A stretch of 64,000 nucleotides of DNA from Bacteroidia bacterium (GCA_030433115.1 JAUILH010000005.1:4592-68591); one strand, 5' to 3'. Shown: positions 1-11,258, counted from the first letter of the stretch. The notes: generated by a model not told the origin, from the letters alone. Numbers and translations are program-made.

Positions 1-1
1 T

Positions 2-3000
2 TGGACATCCATTTCGGGAGACCCCTTGATAGTAGGAACAAATTTCACTTGTAACCCTTGTTCAAACCCAACAGCTACCCCCACCCAAACTACCACTTAT
101 GAAGTAACGGATGGCTGTGGAAATACGGAACAAGTTACAGTAACCGTCGTTCCGAATACGGGTGGAATTGATGCCACGGTGACCACTGCTGACCAAACGA
201 TTTGTCCGGGGCAATGTGTTAATTTGAACGGAACCACTCTTGAAGATTTTTCAGTTAACCAACAACAAACCTTCAGCGCCAATCCTAATGCCGCTATCAG
301 CAGTACCATTGGAACTACCAGCAGCACAATAAATGTTAGTGGACTTAGCATGACCAATGTTCCTGTTGGCGGTATTGAGTCTGTTTGTTTAAATATTGAT
401 CATACTTTCGATGGTGATTTGGACATTTTCCTAGTCTGCCCGGGAGGAACTACTCTTGAACTCTCCACTGACAATGGCGGAGGCGGTGATAACTATTCTG
501 GAACTTGTTTCACCATATCTGCCGTTCAGAATATTACCGCGGGAACCGCGCCTTTTACAGGAAATTTTCTTCCGGAAGGAGGAACCCTGGACGCATTTGC
601 CGGATGCCTGGCAAACGGCAACTGGACACTTCAAGTTACTGATGATGCCGCTGGGGACATAGGCACCTTGCTTTCCTGGTCTATCACATTTAATGACCAA
701 TCAACAGGGCAAGGTCCGGCAACCTCTTTTACCTGGACCCCTACCACAAATATGACTGGTGCAAACACATTGACCCCCCAGGTTTGCCCTACGACCACAA
801 CCTCCTATACGCTGACTGCATTTGATCAAAACGGCTGTTTTGACACGGATGATGTAACAATCACCGTTGTACCCTTGAACCCGCCAACTTTGACGCCTAC
901 CCATGAATCTTGTGCAGGTGCAAACGACGGTAGCATTACTGCCACTCCAAATGGTGGGACAGCACCTTACACCTACAATTTAACTGGAACTTCAACAGCT
1001 ACAAACGGTACAGGCGTCTTCAATGGTCTTGCCGACGGTAATTACACCGTTACTTATACTGATGCGAACAACTGTAGTGGTACTGCAAATGTTACCATCA
1101 ACCCAGGACCAACCATTAGTGCAAACATTGCCAATGCAGCAAATCAGTGCCTCACGGGCAACTCGTTCACATTTAATGGGTCAGGTTCTACCATCTCAAA
1201 TGGAACCATAACGTCTTACAACTGGAATTTTGGTGATAGCAACACCGGAACAGGTCAAACACCAACTCATTCTTACACAAATGCCGGAAACTATGTGGTA
1301 ACCTTGACTGTTTCCAATGGAACATGTACACATTCAACAACCATCAATATTACAGTTAATCCAAATCCAACTGTCACAGCCTCCGGAACAAACATTACAT
1401 GTAATGGTGCGAACGATGGAACTGTTTCCGCTGTTGGTGCTGGCACAAGTGGATATTCCTACGCTTGGAACAATGGTGCTGGGAATGGTGCGAACGTCAA
1501 TGGATTAGGACCAAACACATACACGGTTACGGTCACAGATATTAATGGTTGTACCGCCACAGATAATGTCACAATTAGTGAACCACCAGCAATTACTTCT
1601 TCAATTGCTGGTACAAATGCGTCTTGCGCGGGCATAAATGATGGAACTGCCACGGTCACCGCCAACGGAGGTACAGGTGCACTGAACTATAACTGGGCTC
1701 CAGCTCCTGGATCAGGTCAAGGTACCAATTCAGCCGGAGGTTTAGTTGGAGGCACTGCATATACAGTAACCATTACAGATGCAAATAACTGTTCAGTTAC
1801 TGAAACTTTCACACCAACCGTACCTGCTGCGATCAATGTTACCGCTACTGCCACTGATGCCAATTGTGGTGCTTCAGACGGAACCCTAGTGGTCAATAAC
1901 GTAACTGGAGGTAGTGGGACATATACATCAACTGTTTGGGTAGATGACGCTACGAGTTTAGTTGTTGGAAATCCTGGTGCTGTTCCTGCTGGATCATACA
2001 CTGTTACTGTCACCGACAATAATGGATGTACAGGAACTGCTACAGTAGCTGTTTCAGGATTAGCAGGTCCAACAGTTTCAGTGACTGGGCAAACGAACGC
2101 TTCTTGTAGCACTGTTTGTAACGGAACTGCCAGCATCAATGCCACAGGTGGTTCAGGGGCATTGACTTATGTTTGGGCTCCTGCTCCTGGTGGTGGTCAG
2201 GGTACTCCAAACGCCACAGGTTTGTGTGGAGGCACAACTTATACAGTAACCGTAACTGATGCAGGTGGATGCTCTGATGTTACCAATGTTAATATTGGAA
2301 CTGATCCAGATCCTACAGCCGCAATAGCCCTCGATCAAAATGCACAATGTAATGGCGTTTGTGATGGACAGGCTACTGCAACTATGACAGGAGGCACCGC
2401 CGCTTTCACCTATGCATGGTCTAATAGTGAAACGACTCAACAAGCTGTGGCATTATGTGTCGGAAACCACACCGTAACAATAACTGACGCCAATGGATGT
2501 GCCGCAACTGCAAACATTGCCATTACTGAACCAACCGGTTTGACACTCAATATTGCCGGAACAGACGCAACTTGTAATGGTGTTTGTGATGGGTCTGCAG
2601 ATGCCACAATAACAGGAGGAACTGCTCCATATACCACTGTATGGCAACATGGTCCTACATCTGAAGACTTAAACGGAGTGCTTTGTGCAAACAACTACAC
2701 TTTAGATGTTACAGACAATCAAGGTTGCACCGTCTCAGCCAGCGTCACAATTAATGAACCGACAGCGATCACTTCATCCATTACAGGAACAAATGTTACA
2801 TGTAACGGTGCAAATGATGGCACTGCAACAGTAACTGCCGGTGGAGGTACGGGAGCACTTTCTTATAACTGGGTTCCTGCCCCTGGATCAGGACAAGGAA
2901 CAAACTCTGCCGGAGGTTTGGTAGGTGGCACTGCATATACTGTAACTGTTACAGATGGAAACGGATGTACAGTTACTGAAACCTTCACACCAACAGAACC

Positions 3001-6000
3001 AACACCACTTGTGGTGAATGCCAGTGGCGTTAATTCCAACTGTGGTCAATCAGATGGCTCAGTTTCCGCCAATGCTTCAGGAGGAACTACTGGCTACAAT
3101 TTTGAATGGTTTGACAATGCTGCTTTAACAAACAGTATCGGAACCGGAGCGAACATTGGTACGCTGCCTGCAGGAACCTATTATATCCAAGTAACAGATG
3201 CCAACAACTGTACTGCATCCACATCAGTGAGCATTGTGGATAATAACGGCGGAAGTATAACCAGTACTCAAACAGAAGTATTGTGTAACGGAGGAACTGA
3301 TGGATCTATTAATGTTACCGTTACTGGGGGCACTCCGAACTTTACATACAACTGGACGGGACCAGGTGCCTTTACTTCCAACAATGAAGATTTAACCGGT
3401 TTGGCAGCTGGTACTTATGATGTCACAGTAACAGATGCTGTTGGCTGTATCTTAACACTCTCTGCTACCATTACAGAGCCAGCCCTACTCACCGTGACTG
3501 CTAACGGAAGTGATGCACTTTGTTTCGGCAATTCAGATGGTACATTATCCGCAAGTGCATCAGGAGGTACTGCAGCTTACTCTTACGAATGGTATGACAA
3601 TGCTGCTCTTACAAGTAATATTGGTTCGGGAACACCCTTTAACAATGTTGGAGCAAACACCTATTATGTTGAAGTAACTGACGCTAATGGTTGTACAGCT
3701 TCAAACTCTTTCACTGTGAACGAACCAGCTCAAATTGTTCCGGTCGTGACATCTACTGATGCCAATTGCGGTCAATCTGATGGAAGCGTGTCTGTGACAT
3801 CTACCTCAGGAGGATCTGGCAACTACGTATCTGAAACCTGGGTAGATGATGCCACTGGTTTGACTGTTCCAAACATCAATGCAGTACCAGGTGGCTCATA
3901 CACTGTTACTGTTACTGATGACAATGGCTGTACTGGAACTGCTACGGTTGGGGTTAACAACAACTCTGGTCCAACATTGAGCATCAATACTCAAACGGGT
4001 GCATCATGTTTTGGAGTTTGCGACGGACTTGCAAGTTTAACAACCACTGGCGGTACAGCCGGGTACACTTATAACTGGACACCAATGCCAGGATCAGGAC
4101 AGGGAACTGACAACGTTTCAGGTTTATGTGCTGGCAACTACAACGCGACTGTTACGGACGCAAATGGTTGTGTGGACAACATCACTATTACCATTACTGA
4201 ACCCCCAGTGTTGGACATCACAATTACCGCAAGTTCTGATGTGACCATCAATGGTGGAAACGATGGATCAGCCAATTCAACCGCAAATGGAGGTACGCCT
4301 GGCTACACCTATGAATGGTATAATGGCTGCCCTCCAGGTACCACAATTGGTCAAACTACAAGCAATGCAACGAACTTGAGTGCCGGAACCTACTCCGTAA
4401 TCGTTACGGACAACAAAGGTTGTTTAGACACTACTTGTGTCACTATTAATGAGCCTAACACCATTTCAACTGTATTGGTTTCAACTGATGCTTTGTGCAA
4501 CAGCTCTTGTGATGGATCGGCCACAGTGACTGCTTCAGGTGGTGTTGGAGGGTATACTTATCAATGGTTTGATGCTGCCACGAACAATCCTTTACCAGGT
4601 CAAACTGGCGTTACTGCCTTAAACCTTTGCGCCGGTGATTACTATGTCCAGGTAACGGATGCTAATGGAGGTTCTACCAATAGTTTACCAATTACGATCA
4701 ACGAACCGACCGTGATCAGTGGTACGACTTCAGTGACTTCCAACTTCAATGGTGCTGATATTTCATGTAACGGAGCCTGCGATGGTGCTGCTAATATTGC
4801 GGCAAGTGGAGGAACACCTGGTTATTTATACCAATGGAATGACCCTGCAAACTCTACAACCGCTGCGATCAATGGATTGTGCGCCGGAACCTATGATGTG
4901 GTAGTTACCGATTTTAATGGTTGTACAAATACTTTCTCAGTAAACTTATCAGAGCCCACTCCACTCGCTAATAACAACAATGGCACGAATGCCTCTTGTT
5001 TTGGAGTGTGTGATGGATCGGTAACAGCTACTACTTCCGGAGGAACTGCTCCGTATACTTACCAGTGGAACGACCCTGCTCTATCAACAACCACTACCGT
5101 AAATGGTTTGTGTGCGGGCACCTACAACGTCACCATTACAGATGCTAATGGATGTAGCATTAACGATCAAATTATTATTACCGAACCAACAGAATTGATC
5201 TTGTCAAGTACAACGGTAGGATCGAATTGTGGTCAAACAGATGGTTCTGCCACGGTAAGTATCGTGCAAGGAGATCCTAATTTCACCTATCAATGGGATG
5301 CTGCCGCAGGAAATCAAACAACGGCAACTGCTAGTAATGTAGGTTTTGGATGTTATACGGTCACAGTGACTGATGGAAATGGTTGTACGGCTACAGAAAC
5401 TGCTTGTGTTCAGGATTTAGGAGCACCAACTATCACACCACTAACGGTGAATGATGTGAATTGTAATGCAGGTTGTGATGGATTTGCTCAAGTTCAGGTA
5501 ACCGGCGGTCTAGCCCCTTATAATTATCAGTGGTTCGACAACGCTAGCAATCCGATCAGCGGAATTTCAACGACACCATCAGTGAACAACCTATGTGCCG
5601 GTACATATACCGCGGAGATGACTGATGCCAATGGGTGTGTTGCCACTACTTCCATTACTATAAACGAACCTTTGGCCCTTAATGCAGTTGTTTCAAATAC
5701 AGTAGATGTGACCTGTTTCGGTGATTGTGATGGAATTGCAACAGTAACAGCGTCAGGAGGTACGCTTCCTTTTACATATCAGTGGAATGATCCTGCCAGT
5801 CAAACTACCGCCACTGCCACTGCTTTGTGCCCTGGCACCTATACTTGTACTGTAACTGATGCAAACAATTGTACTTTCAACATCAACGCTACAATAGGCG
5901 AACCATTGCAGATTTTATTGACAGCTTCTGCCGTAGATGCTTTCTGCAATACACCAAGTGGTTCAAGCAATGTAAACATCATTCAAGGCGGTGTTGGAAA

Positions 6001-9000
6001 CATATCTTATGCCTGGAACCCTACTGGTCAAACCGGTCAATCAGCTACCAACCTACTTCCAGGAAATTACACCGTTACAGTTACAGATCAAACCGGATGT
6101 TCTGCTACTGCCAATGCAACTGTTGGAAATATTCCTCCTGGGATCGCAAGCATTACCAACACAACTGACGTACTTTGCTTTGGAGGGTCTGATGGAACCG
6201 CAACAGTCTCCATGAATGGTGGAGCTGCAACGTTTAATTACGAATGGTTCAATAGTAACGGAACTCCAATTGGACAAACTACGCAAACTGCGACAGGTTT
6301 AAGTATTGGACAATACTACGCCTTGGTGACAGATGCCAACGGGTGTCTATCTAACTCAGATACCATTGCCATTGCTCAACCCAACGACATTACAATCAAC
6401 TTTACAGTGGATAGTGTTGGCTGTGCAGGAGCTTGTACTGGTTTTGCCACAGCCAATGTTGGAGGTGGAACTGCTCCATATTCCTACCAATGGAACAATG
6501 CTCTGATGGAAATCACACCTTCTGCACAAGGACTTTGTGCTCAAAACTATACTGTAAATGTTGTAGATGACAATGGATGTCCGGCAACTGCCAATGTTGA
6601 TGTTTACGAACCCGTTGCCGTGCAGTTAGACTCTACAGTAGTTAATGCGAACTGCGGTCAACCAGACGGACAAGCCTGCGTACTAGCTTCTGGTGGTGTT
6701 GCCCCATACTCATATTTGTGGCCTTCGGGCAACACCAACTCATGCGATATTGGTTTAGCCGCGAATACTTATTTGGTAGAAGTGACTGATGCCAATGATT
6801 GTATCAGTGTAATTCCGGTGGAGGTTCAGGACTTAAATGGTCCGGCAGCCAGCATTGTTGCTCAAACGGATGCCTCATGTGCAGGTTTATCTGATGGTTC
6901 TGCCACCGTAGATATGACGGGAGGAGCCGGTGCGTCATTCACAGTTCAATGGGATGCAAATGCCGGAAACCAAACCACTCCAACTGCTTCAAACCTGGCG
7001 GCAGGGAATTACTCAGTAACGATAACTGATGATATCGGCTGTAGTGCTTCAACCAGTGTTACCATTAATGAACCACTGCCTCTTCAGTTTGTAGACTATT
7101 TCCAAGACAATAGTTGTTTCGGTTCATGTGATGGAAGTGCCTGGGTAAACTTATCTGGCGGAACCGCCCCCTACAATTATGCCTGGGTGAATAATGCAGG
7201 AAATCCTATGGGAGCAACAGACAGTATTTCTAACTTATGCGTAGATGATTACACCGTCAATATTACTGACGCCAATGGTTGTGCAGTAAGTACCACTGTT
7301 ACCGTTTCAGAACCACCTCAGGTGAGCGCAACAGCAAGCTCAACGAACATAAGTTGTAACGGTGCTTGTGATGGAACTGCAACTGCAACAGGAGTCGTAG
7401 GCGTTGGCCCATTTACATACTTGTGGAATGATCCTAATGCTCAAACCACGGCCTTCGCAGGAGGTTTGTGTCCGGGAACATACACTTGCACAGTTACTGA
7501 TGCAGACGGCTGTTTCACGACTGTATCGGTAACCATCACGGAACCTACACCAGTGAGTGCCAGCATCACTGTATTCGGTAACGTCAATTGTACCAATGCA
7601 TGTGACGGCTTTGCTCAGGCAGACCCTGCTGGAGGAACTCCAGGATACACATTCAGCTGGGACAACGGTGCTGGATTGGCGCAAATTGCGACAAACCTTT
7701 GTGCGAATACTTATACCGCCACAGTTACTGATGCAAACAACTGTTCAGCAACGGCTACTGTGACTATCACTGAACCACTGCCGTTAGGTGTATCATCAAC
7801 TACAACTAATGTGACTTGCTTCAATGCTTGTAACGGCTCTGCGTCTATCCAACTGTCGGGAGGAACAGGTCCATTCAACTATCAGTGGGATGACCCGGCA
7901 TTCAGCACAACTCCAACAGTTAATAATCTATGTGCAGGTCAGTATACATGTACTATTACTGATGCATTAGGTTGTCAAATTAGTGAGACTGTGATCATTA
8001 CTCAACCTAATGAGTTGAGCTTAACCGCCAATCCAAGTGATGCTAACTGTGGACAGGCAAATGGTTCAATTTGTATCTCAGTTGTTGGAGGTGTGGCACC
8101 TTTCACTTATCAGTGGAGCGACATCAATACAACTACTACAGCATGTGTCAATAACATTACAGCTGGTTGTTATACAATCACTATTGTAGATGGCAATGGT
8201 TGTATCAAGGATAGTTTACTCTGTATTAATGACATTGCAGGTCCGACGGTGACCGGTATCAATTCAAGTAACGTAACCTGTTTTGGTGACATGGATGGTT
8301 CGGTAGAATTTTCTGTAACTGGAGGAACAGGTACGCCAACCATTGAATTGTTCGATGGCAATAATACCTCAGTGAATACTGGCAACTTACTTACCAATAA
8401 CTTGGATGGTGATTGCTACACTTTAATAGCTACTGATATCGCTGGATGTGTTGGTACTGATGTCATATGTATCACAGAACCGAATCAAATTAATTCTGCA
8501 ATTACTTCATCAACAGACGTGAGTTGTTTCCTTGGTTGTGATGGACAAGCCACTGTTTCGGTAAGTGGTGGACTGCCTTCATTGGTTAATGGATACAATT
8601 ATTCATGGAACGCCGGTGGCTCTACGAATGCTGCTACTAATACTGCATTGTGCGCTGGCAACTACACAGTAACAGTTTCGGATAGTAATAATTGTACAAC
8701 AACAAGCACCATTACAATTACTGAGCCTTCACAACTTCTGGTGAATACAGCCAATCAAGTAAATGTGAGTTGCGCTGGTTCGTGTGATGGGTCAATCAAC
8801 GTAGTTGCTTCTGGAGCAACTCCTCCTTACTTATATAACTGGACCCCCAATGTAAGTGCCGGTCCTTCCGGAGGCGCATTGTGTGCGGGGGCATATGACG
8901 TAGTTGTTACTGACGGAAATGGTTGTGTAGCCAATGTCAACTTTAACATTACTGAGCCATTGCCATTGGCATTGAGTGCGTCAACCATCAACTCAACATG

Positions 9001-10771
9001 TACACAATGTAATGGTGGTGCCTCACTCACCGTGAATGGAGGAACAGCACCATTTACATACAACTGGTTAAATGGAGGAAACACACCTAATGCAGCTACA
9101 AATACCGGTTTGTGCCCGGGCAACCATACAGTTGAAGTGACTGATGCCAATGGGTGCACAGCAACACTTCAGGTTACCATTATCGATGAACCAGCACCTA
9201 CCATTGATGGTTTCAACGTTAATCAACCTACTTGTAATGGTTTGAGCAATGGTTCTGCAGAAGTATTAACCTCTGGTGGTACAGGTAACTTAACTTACCT
9301 ATGGGATGCTGCTGCATTCAATCAAATCTCTAACCCAGCGGTGGCATTGCCAGCTGGAACTTACTGTGTAACTGTTTCTGATGTAAATAACTGTCAGGTA
9401 ACAAATTGCATCACGGTAGGTGAGCCTGCTCCACTACTCCCAGTTCCAGATATCAGCACTACCATCTGTTACGGAGACTCGTCTCAATTATGGGCAAGTG
9501 GTCAGGGTGGTACTGCACCTTATACTGTTAACTGGACTACACCTGGCTTGACTGGTCCCGGACCAATCATGGTGAATCCTTTAACAACTTCCACGTACTG
9601 TTTCACAATTACTGATGACAACGGTTGTGTATCTCCTTCCGGATGTGTTGACATAACAGTATTGCCACCACTCGACCTTGACTTGACTCCATCAACTGCT
9701 ATTTGCAGTGGCAGCGGTATTGATCTAATTGCTCAAGCAACCGGTGGAAATGGTGGTCCGTATGTATTTAATTGGACAGATGAAAACGGAAACGTACTTG
9801 CTGCAACCAATAATGCAGACAGCTCATTTGTAAACGTCAATCCATCTACTCCAACCTGGTACTACGTCACCTTAAGTGATGGTTGTAGTTTGGATATCAT
9901 TGATTCAACTCAGATTTCTATTAACCCGATTCCGAGTGCATCAATCAGTGCATTAGATTCAAATGGTTGTGTTCCTTTTACGGCACAATTCATTGCCAAT
10001 TCTGACATTGGTGTCACGTATGAATTTGATTTTGAATGTGATGGTGTGATTGACTATTCTGGTCCGAATTCTAATCCAACTTTCACTTATCAAACACCGG
10101 GTACGTATGACGTTTGTATGAGAGTGATTTCAGCCGACGGTTGTGACACAAGTATTTCAGTGAATCAAATGATCACCGTATATCCGCTTCCCGTGGCAGA
10201 TTTCACTATGAATCCTCCGATCACGACAGCATTGAATCCAACCATTACCTTTACTAACCTTAGCGTTGGTGGCATCAGCTACAATTGGGATTTCGGAGAT
10301 GGGAATACCATCTCAGGAATTGATACAGCAATTGTGACAGGTACCAACAATGGAATGACCATTGGAACGTATAAAGACCCAATCCATACATATACGGATA
10401 CTGGTTATTTTGATGTAACATTAACCATCACCAATGAATTTGGGTGTACTGATGTGGTATCATATCAAGTATATGTGGAAGGGGATTATATCTTATTTAC
10501 ACCAACGGCATTTACTCCAAATGGTGATGGTAAAAATGATGTATTCAAACCTGTGGGAATCGGAATTAATGATAACCAATTTGAAATGTACATCTTTGAC
10601 AGATGGGGGCAACTGATTTTCGAATCTCATGACCCTGACTATGGATGGGATGGAACAGATCCAAGGTCAGGAAGAGTGGTTAAGTTAGATGTGTATGTAT
10701 GGTTGATCAGAACAATTGATCATAAAGAAGAACCTCATGAGTACATTGGTCACATTACCGTTGTGCGATAA
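2..10771 (+). CDS. Giant cell-surface adhesin, 5' end truncated by the window: proprotein-convertase P-domain, roughly three dozen SprB-type Cys repeats, PKD-like domains, T9SS type-B (CHU_C / gliding-motility-associated) C-terminal sorting domain
   Basis: Frame 2 is open from nt 2 with no upstream stop in the window, and ends at TAA 10769-10771. P-domain signature 'HTFDGDLDIFLVCPGG...NWTLQVTDDAAGDIGTLLSWSITF' at nt ~377-695. Recurrent unit 'C.G..DG.A...A.GGT.PY.Y.W....L.AG.Y.VTVTDANGC'. PKD-like 'NFGDSNTG..HSYTNAGNY' and 'WDFGDGNT..HTYTDTGYFDV'. C-terminal 'FTPNGDGKNDVFKP...IFDRWGQLIFES...WDG...YVW' (nt ~10486-10768), typical of TIGR04131/PF13585. Confidence 0.85.
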   Translation, partial: WTSISGDPLIVGTNFTCNPCSNPTATPTQTTTYEVTDGCGNTEQVTVTVVPNTGGIDATVTTADQTICPGQCVNLNGTTLEDFSVNQQQTFSANPNAAISSTIGTTSSTINVSGLSMTNVPVGGIESVCLNIDHTFDGDLDIFLVCPGGTTLELSTDNGGGGDNYSGTCFTISAVQNITAGTAPFTGNFLPEGGTLDAFAGCLANGNWTLQVTDDAAGDIGTLLSWSITFNDQSTGQGPATSFTWTPTTNMTGANTLTPQVCPTTTTSYTLTAFDQNGCFDTDDVTITVVPLNPPTLTPTHESCAGANDGSITATPNGGTAPYTYNLTGTSTATNGTGVFNGLADGNYTVTYTDANNCSGTANVTINPGPTISANIANAANQCLTGNSFTFNGSGSTISNGTITSYNWNFGDSNTGTGQTPTHSYTNAGNYVVTLTVSNGTCTHSTTINITVNPNPTVTASGTNITCNGANDGTVSAVGAGTSGYSYAWNNGAGNGANVNGLGPNTYTVTVTDINGCTATDNVTISEPPAITSSIAGTNASCAGINDGTATVTANGGTGALNYNWAPAPGSGQGTNSAGGLVGGTAYTVTITDANNCSVTETFTPTVPAAINVTATATDANCGASDGTLVVNNVTGGSGTYTSTVWVDDATSLVVGNPGAVPAGSYTVTVTDNNGCTGTATVAVSGLAGPTVSVTGQTNASCSTVCNGTASINATGGSGALTYVWAPAPGGGQGTPNATGLCGGTTYTVTVTDAGGCSDVTNVNIGTDPDPTAAIALDQNAQCNGVCDGQATATMTGGTAAFTYAWSNSETTQQAVALCVGNHTVTITDANGCAATANIAITEPTGLTLNIAGTDATCNGVCDGSADATITGGTAPYTTVWQHGPTSEDLNGVLCANNYTLDVTDNQGCTVSASVTINEPTAITSSITGTNVTCNGANDGTATVTAGGGTGALSYNWVPAPGSGQGTNSAGGLVGGTAYTVTVTDGNGCTVTETFTPTEPTPLVVNASGVNSNCGQSDGSVSANASGGTTGYNFEWFDNAALTNSIGTGANIGTLPAGTYYIQVTDANNCTASTSVSIVDNNGGSITSTQTEVLCNGGTDGSINVTVTGGTPNFTYNWTGPGAFTSNNEDLTGLAAGTYDVTVTDAVGCILTLSATITEPALLTVTANGSDALCFGNSDGTLSASASGGTAAYSYEWYDNAALTSNIGSGTPFNNVGANTYYVEVTDANGCTASNSFTVNEPAQIVPVVTSTDANCGQSDGSVSVTSTSGGSGNYVSETWVDDATGLTVPNINAVPGGSYTVTVTDDNGCTGTATVGVNNNSGPTLSINTQTGASCFGVCDGLASLTTTGGTAGYTYNWTPMPGSGQGTDNVSGLCAGNYNATVTDANGCVDNITITITEPPVLDITITASSDVTINGGNDGSANSTANGGTPGYTYEWYNGCPPGTTIGQTTSNATNLSAGTYSVIVTDNKGCLDTTCVTINEPNTISTVLVSTDALCNSSCDGSATVTASGGVGGYTYQWFDAATNNPLPGQTGVTALNLCAGDYYVQVTDANGGSTNSLPITINEPTVISGTTSVTSNFNGADISCNGACDGAANIAASGGTPGYLYQWNDPANSTTAAINGLCAGTYDVVVTDFNGCTNTFSVNLSEPTPLANNNNGTNASCFGVCDGSVTATTSGGTAPYTYQWNDPALSTTTTVNGLCAGTYNVTITDANGCSINDQIIITEPTELILSSTTVGSNCGQTDGSATVSIVQGDPNFTYQWDAAAGNQTTATASNVGFGCYTVTVTDGNGCTATETACVQDLGAPTITPLTVNDVNCNAGCDGFAQVQVTGGLAPYNYQWFDNASNPISGISTTPSVNNLCAGTYTAEMTDANGCVATTSITINEPLALNAVVSNTVDVTCFGDCDGIATVTASGGTLPFTYQWNDPASQTTATATALCPGTYTCTVTDANNCTFNINATIGEPLQILLTASAVDAFCNTPSGSSNVNIIQGGVGNISYAWNPTGQTGQSATNLLPGNYTVTVTDQTGCSATANATVGNIPPGIASITNTTDVLCFGGSDGTATVSMNGGAATFNYEWFNSNGTPIGQTTQTATGLSIGQYYALVTDANGCLSNSDTIAIAQPNDITINFTVDSVGCAGACTGFATANVGGGTAPYSYQWNNALMEITPSAQGLCAQNYTVNVVDDNGCPATANVDVYEPVAVQLDSTVVNANCGQPDGQACVLASGGVAPYSYLWPSGNTNSCDIGLAANTYLVEVTDANDCISVIPVEVQDLNGPAASIVAQTDASCAGLSDGSATVDMTGGAGASFTVQWDANAGNQTTPTASNLAAGNYSVTITDDIGCSASTSVTINEPLPLQFVDYFQDNSCFGSCDGSAWVNLSGGTAPYNYAWVNNAGNPMGATDSISNLCVDDYTVNITDANGCAVSTTVTVSEPPQVSATASSTNISCNGACDGTATATGVVGVGPFTYLWNDPNAQTTAFAGGLCPGTYTCTVTDADGCFTTVSVTITEPTPVSASITVFGNVNCTNACDGFAQADPAGGTPGYTFSWDNGAGLAQIATNLCANTYTATVTDANNCSATATVTITEPLPLGVSSTTTNVTCFNACNGSASIQLSGGTGPFNYQWDDPAFSTTPTVNNLCAGQYTCTITDALGCQISETVIITQPNELSLTANPSDANCGQANGSICISVVGGVAPFTYQWSDINTTTTACVNNITAGCYTITIVDGNGCIKDSLLCINDIAGPTVTGINSSNVTCFGDMDGSVEFSVTGGTGTPTIELFDGNNTSVNTGNLLTNNLDGDCYTLIATDIAGCVGTDVICITEPNQINSAITSSTDVSCFLGCDGQATVSVSGGLPSLVNGYNYSWNAGGSTNAATNTALCAGNYTVTVSDSNNCTTTSTITITEPSQLLVNTANQVNVSCAGSCDGSINVVASGATPPYLYNWTPNVSAGPSGGALCAGAYDVVVTDGNGCVANVNFNITEPLPLALSASTINSTCTQCNGGASLTVNGGTAPFTYNWLNGGNTPNAATNTGLCPGNHTVEVTDANGCTATLQVTIIDEPAPTIDGFNVNQPTCNGLSNGSAEVLTSGGTGNLTYLWDAAAFNQISNPAVALPAGTYCVTVSDVNNCQVTNCITVGEPAPLLPVPDISTTICYGDSSQLWASGQGGTAPYTVNWTTPGLTGPGPIMVNPLTTSTYCFTITDDNGCVSPSGCVDITVLPPLDLDLTPSTAICSGSGIDLIAQATGGNGGPYVFNWTDENGNVLAATNNADSSFVNVNPSTPTWYYVTLSDGCSLDIIDSTQISINPIPSASISALDSNGCVPFTAQFIANSDIGVTYEFDFECDGVIDYSGPNSNPTFTYQTPGTYDVCMRVISADGCDTSISVNQMITVYPLPVADFTMNPPITTALNPTITFTNLSVGGISYNWDFGDGNTISGIDTAIVTGTNNGMTIGTYKDPIHTYTDTGYFDVTLTITNEFGCTDVVSYQVYVEGDYILFTPTAFTPNGDGKNDVFKPVGIGINDNQFEMYIFDRWGQLIFESHDPDYGWDGTDPRSGRVVKLDVYVWLIRTIDHKEEPHEYIGHITVVR
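895..9425 (+). repeat. Coding tandem array of diverged SprB-type repeat units (~75-80 aa each) inside the giant adhesin gene; boundaries approximate
   Basis: Counted by eye from recurring '(V/I)TD.NGC' unit ends and 'C.G..DG...GGT.PY.Y.W' cores. Some unit pairs are much more alike than their neighbours, e.g. nt ~1570-1815 vs ~2750-2995. Confidence 0.7.
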
Positions 10772-10796
10772 CATTACCAATCAATGATTTAATACG

Positions 10797-10829
10797 AAAA
10801 GGTTGCCTTAATTGGGCAACCTTTTTTTA
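10797..10829 (+). terminator. Rho-independent terminator after the giant adhesin gene
   Basis: Stem ggttgcc (10801-10807) / ggcaacc (10815-10821), 7-nt loop, followed by T7 (10822-10828) and preceded by A4. It lies 26 nt after the stop codon. Confidence 0.6.
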
Positions 10830-10880
10830 TATTTACGTTTATGTTAAAAATCTTATCATTTTAGAAACAAATCATATAAT

Positions 10881-11258
10881 ATGAAACAGTTGTTCTTTTT
10901 AAGCGTGATCGTATTTTTTATGAGCAGCTTTGGTCTGGCTCAATCTGGTTCAACCATTAAAACAGGTAAGACCTCTTCTCCAAAAACAAGTAGCAGCCAT
11001 ACCAGCGAAAGTGGCCCATATTTACATGTAGAAGCCGGAACAAAGACCCAAGAACCAAAGAGTTTTGAAGATCAAATTTCCTCTTACAACTTAACGCAAG
11101 TAACACAATTACTAAGTTCGTACCAAACTAAGTATGATCAGTCTAAAGATGATAATAATTCTTCGCCTGAATATCTGTCTTGGAAAACAGATATATTAGA
11201 CAAGATAGCCAAACTCACTGCACGCAAGGCTGATATCACTTCAAATTCTGGACAATGA
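10881..11258 (+). CDS. Small secreted Ser/Thr-rich hypothetical protein
   Basis: ATG start. N-terminal signal-like 'MKQLFFLSVIVFFMSSFGLAQ'. Its stop overlaps the next gene's start (ATGA at 11255-11258), which suggests translational coupling. No recognisable family. Confidence 0.5.
   Translation: MKQLFFLSVIVFFMSSFGLAQSGSTIKTGKTSSPKTSSSHTSESGPYLHVEAGTKTQEPKSFEDQISSYNLTQVTQLLSSYQTKYDQSKDDNNSSPEYLSWKTDILDKIAKLTARKADITSNSGQ

Noticed and set aside
97-9159. Numerous 60-142-aa ORFs on both strands inside the giant adhesin gene.
   Set aside because: All are nested in the single 10.7-kb open frame, which has clear domain content. Their translations are low-complexity with no motifs. The Thr/Gly/Asn/Ala-rich codon bias suppresses stops in other frames.
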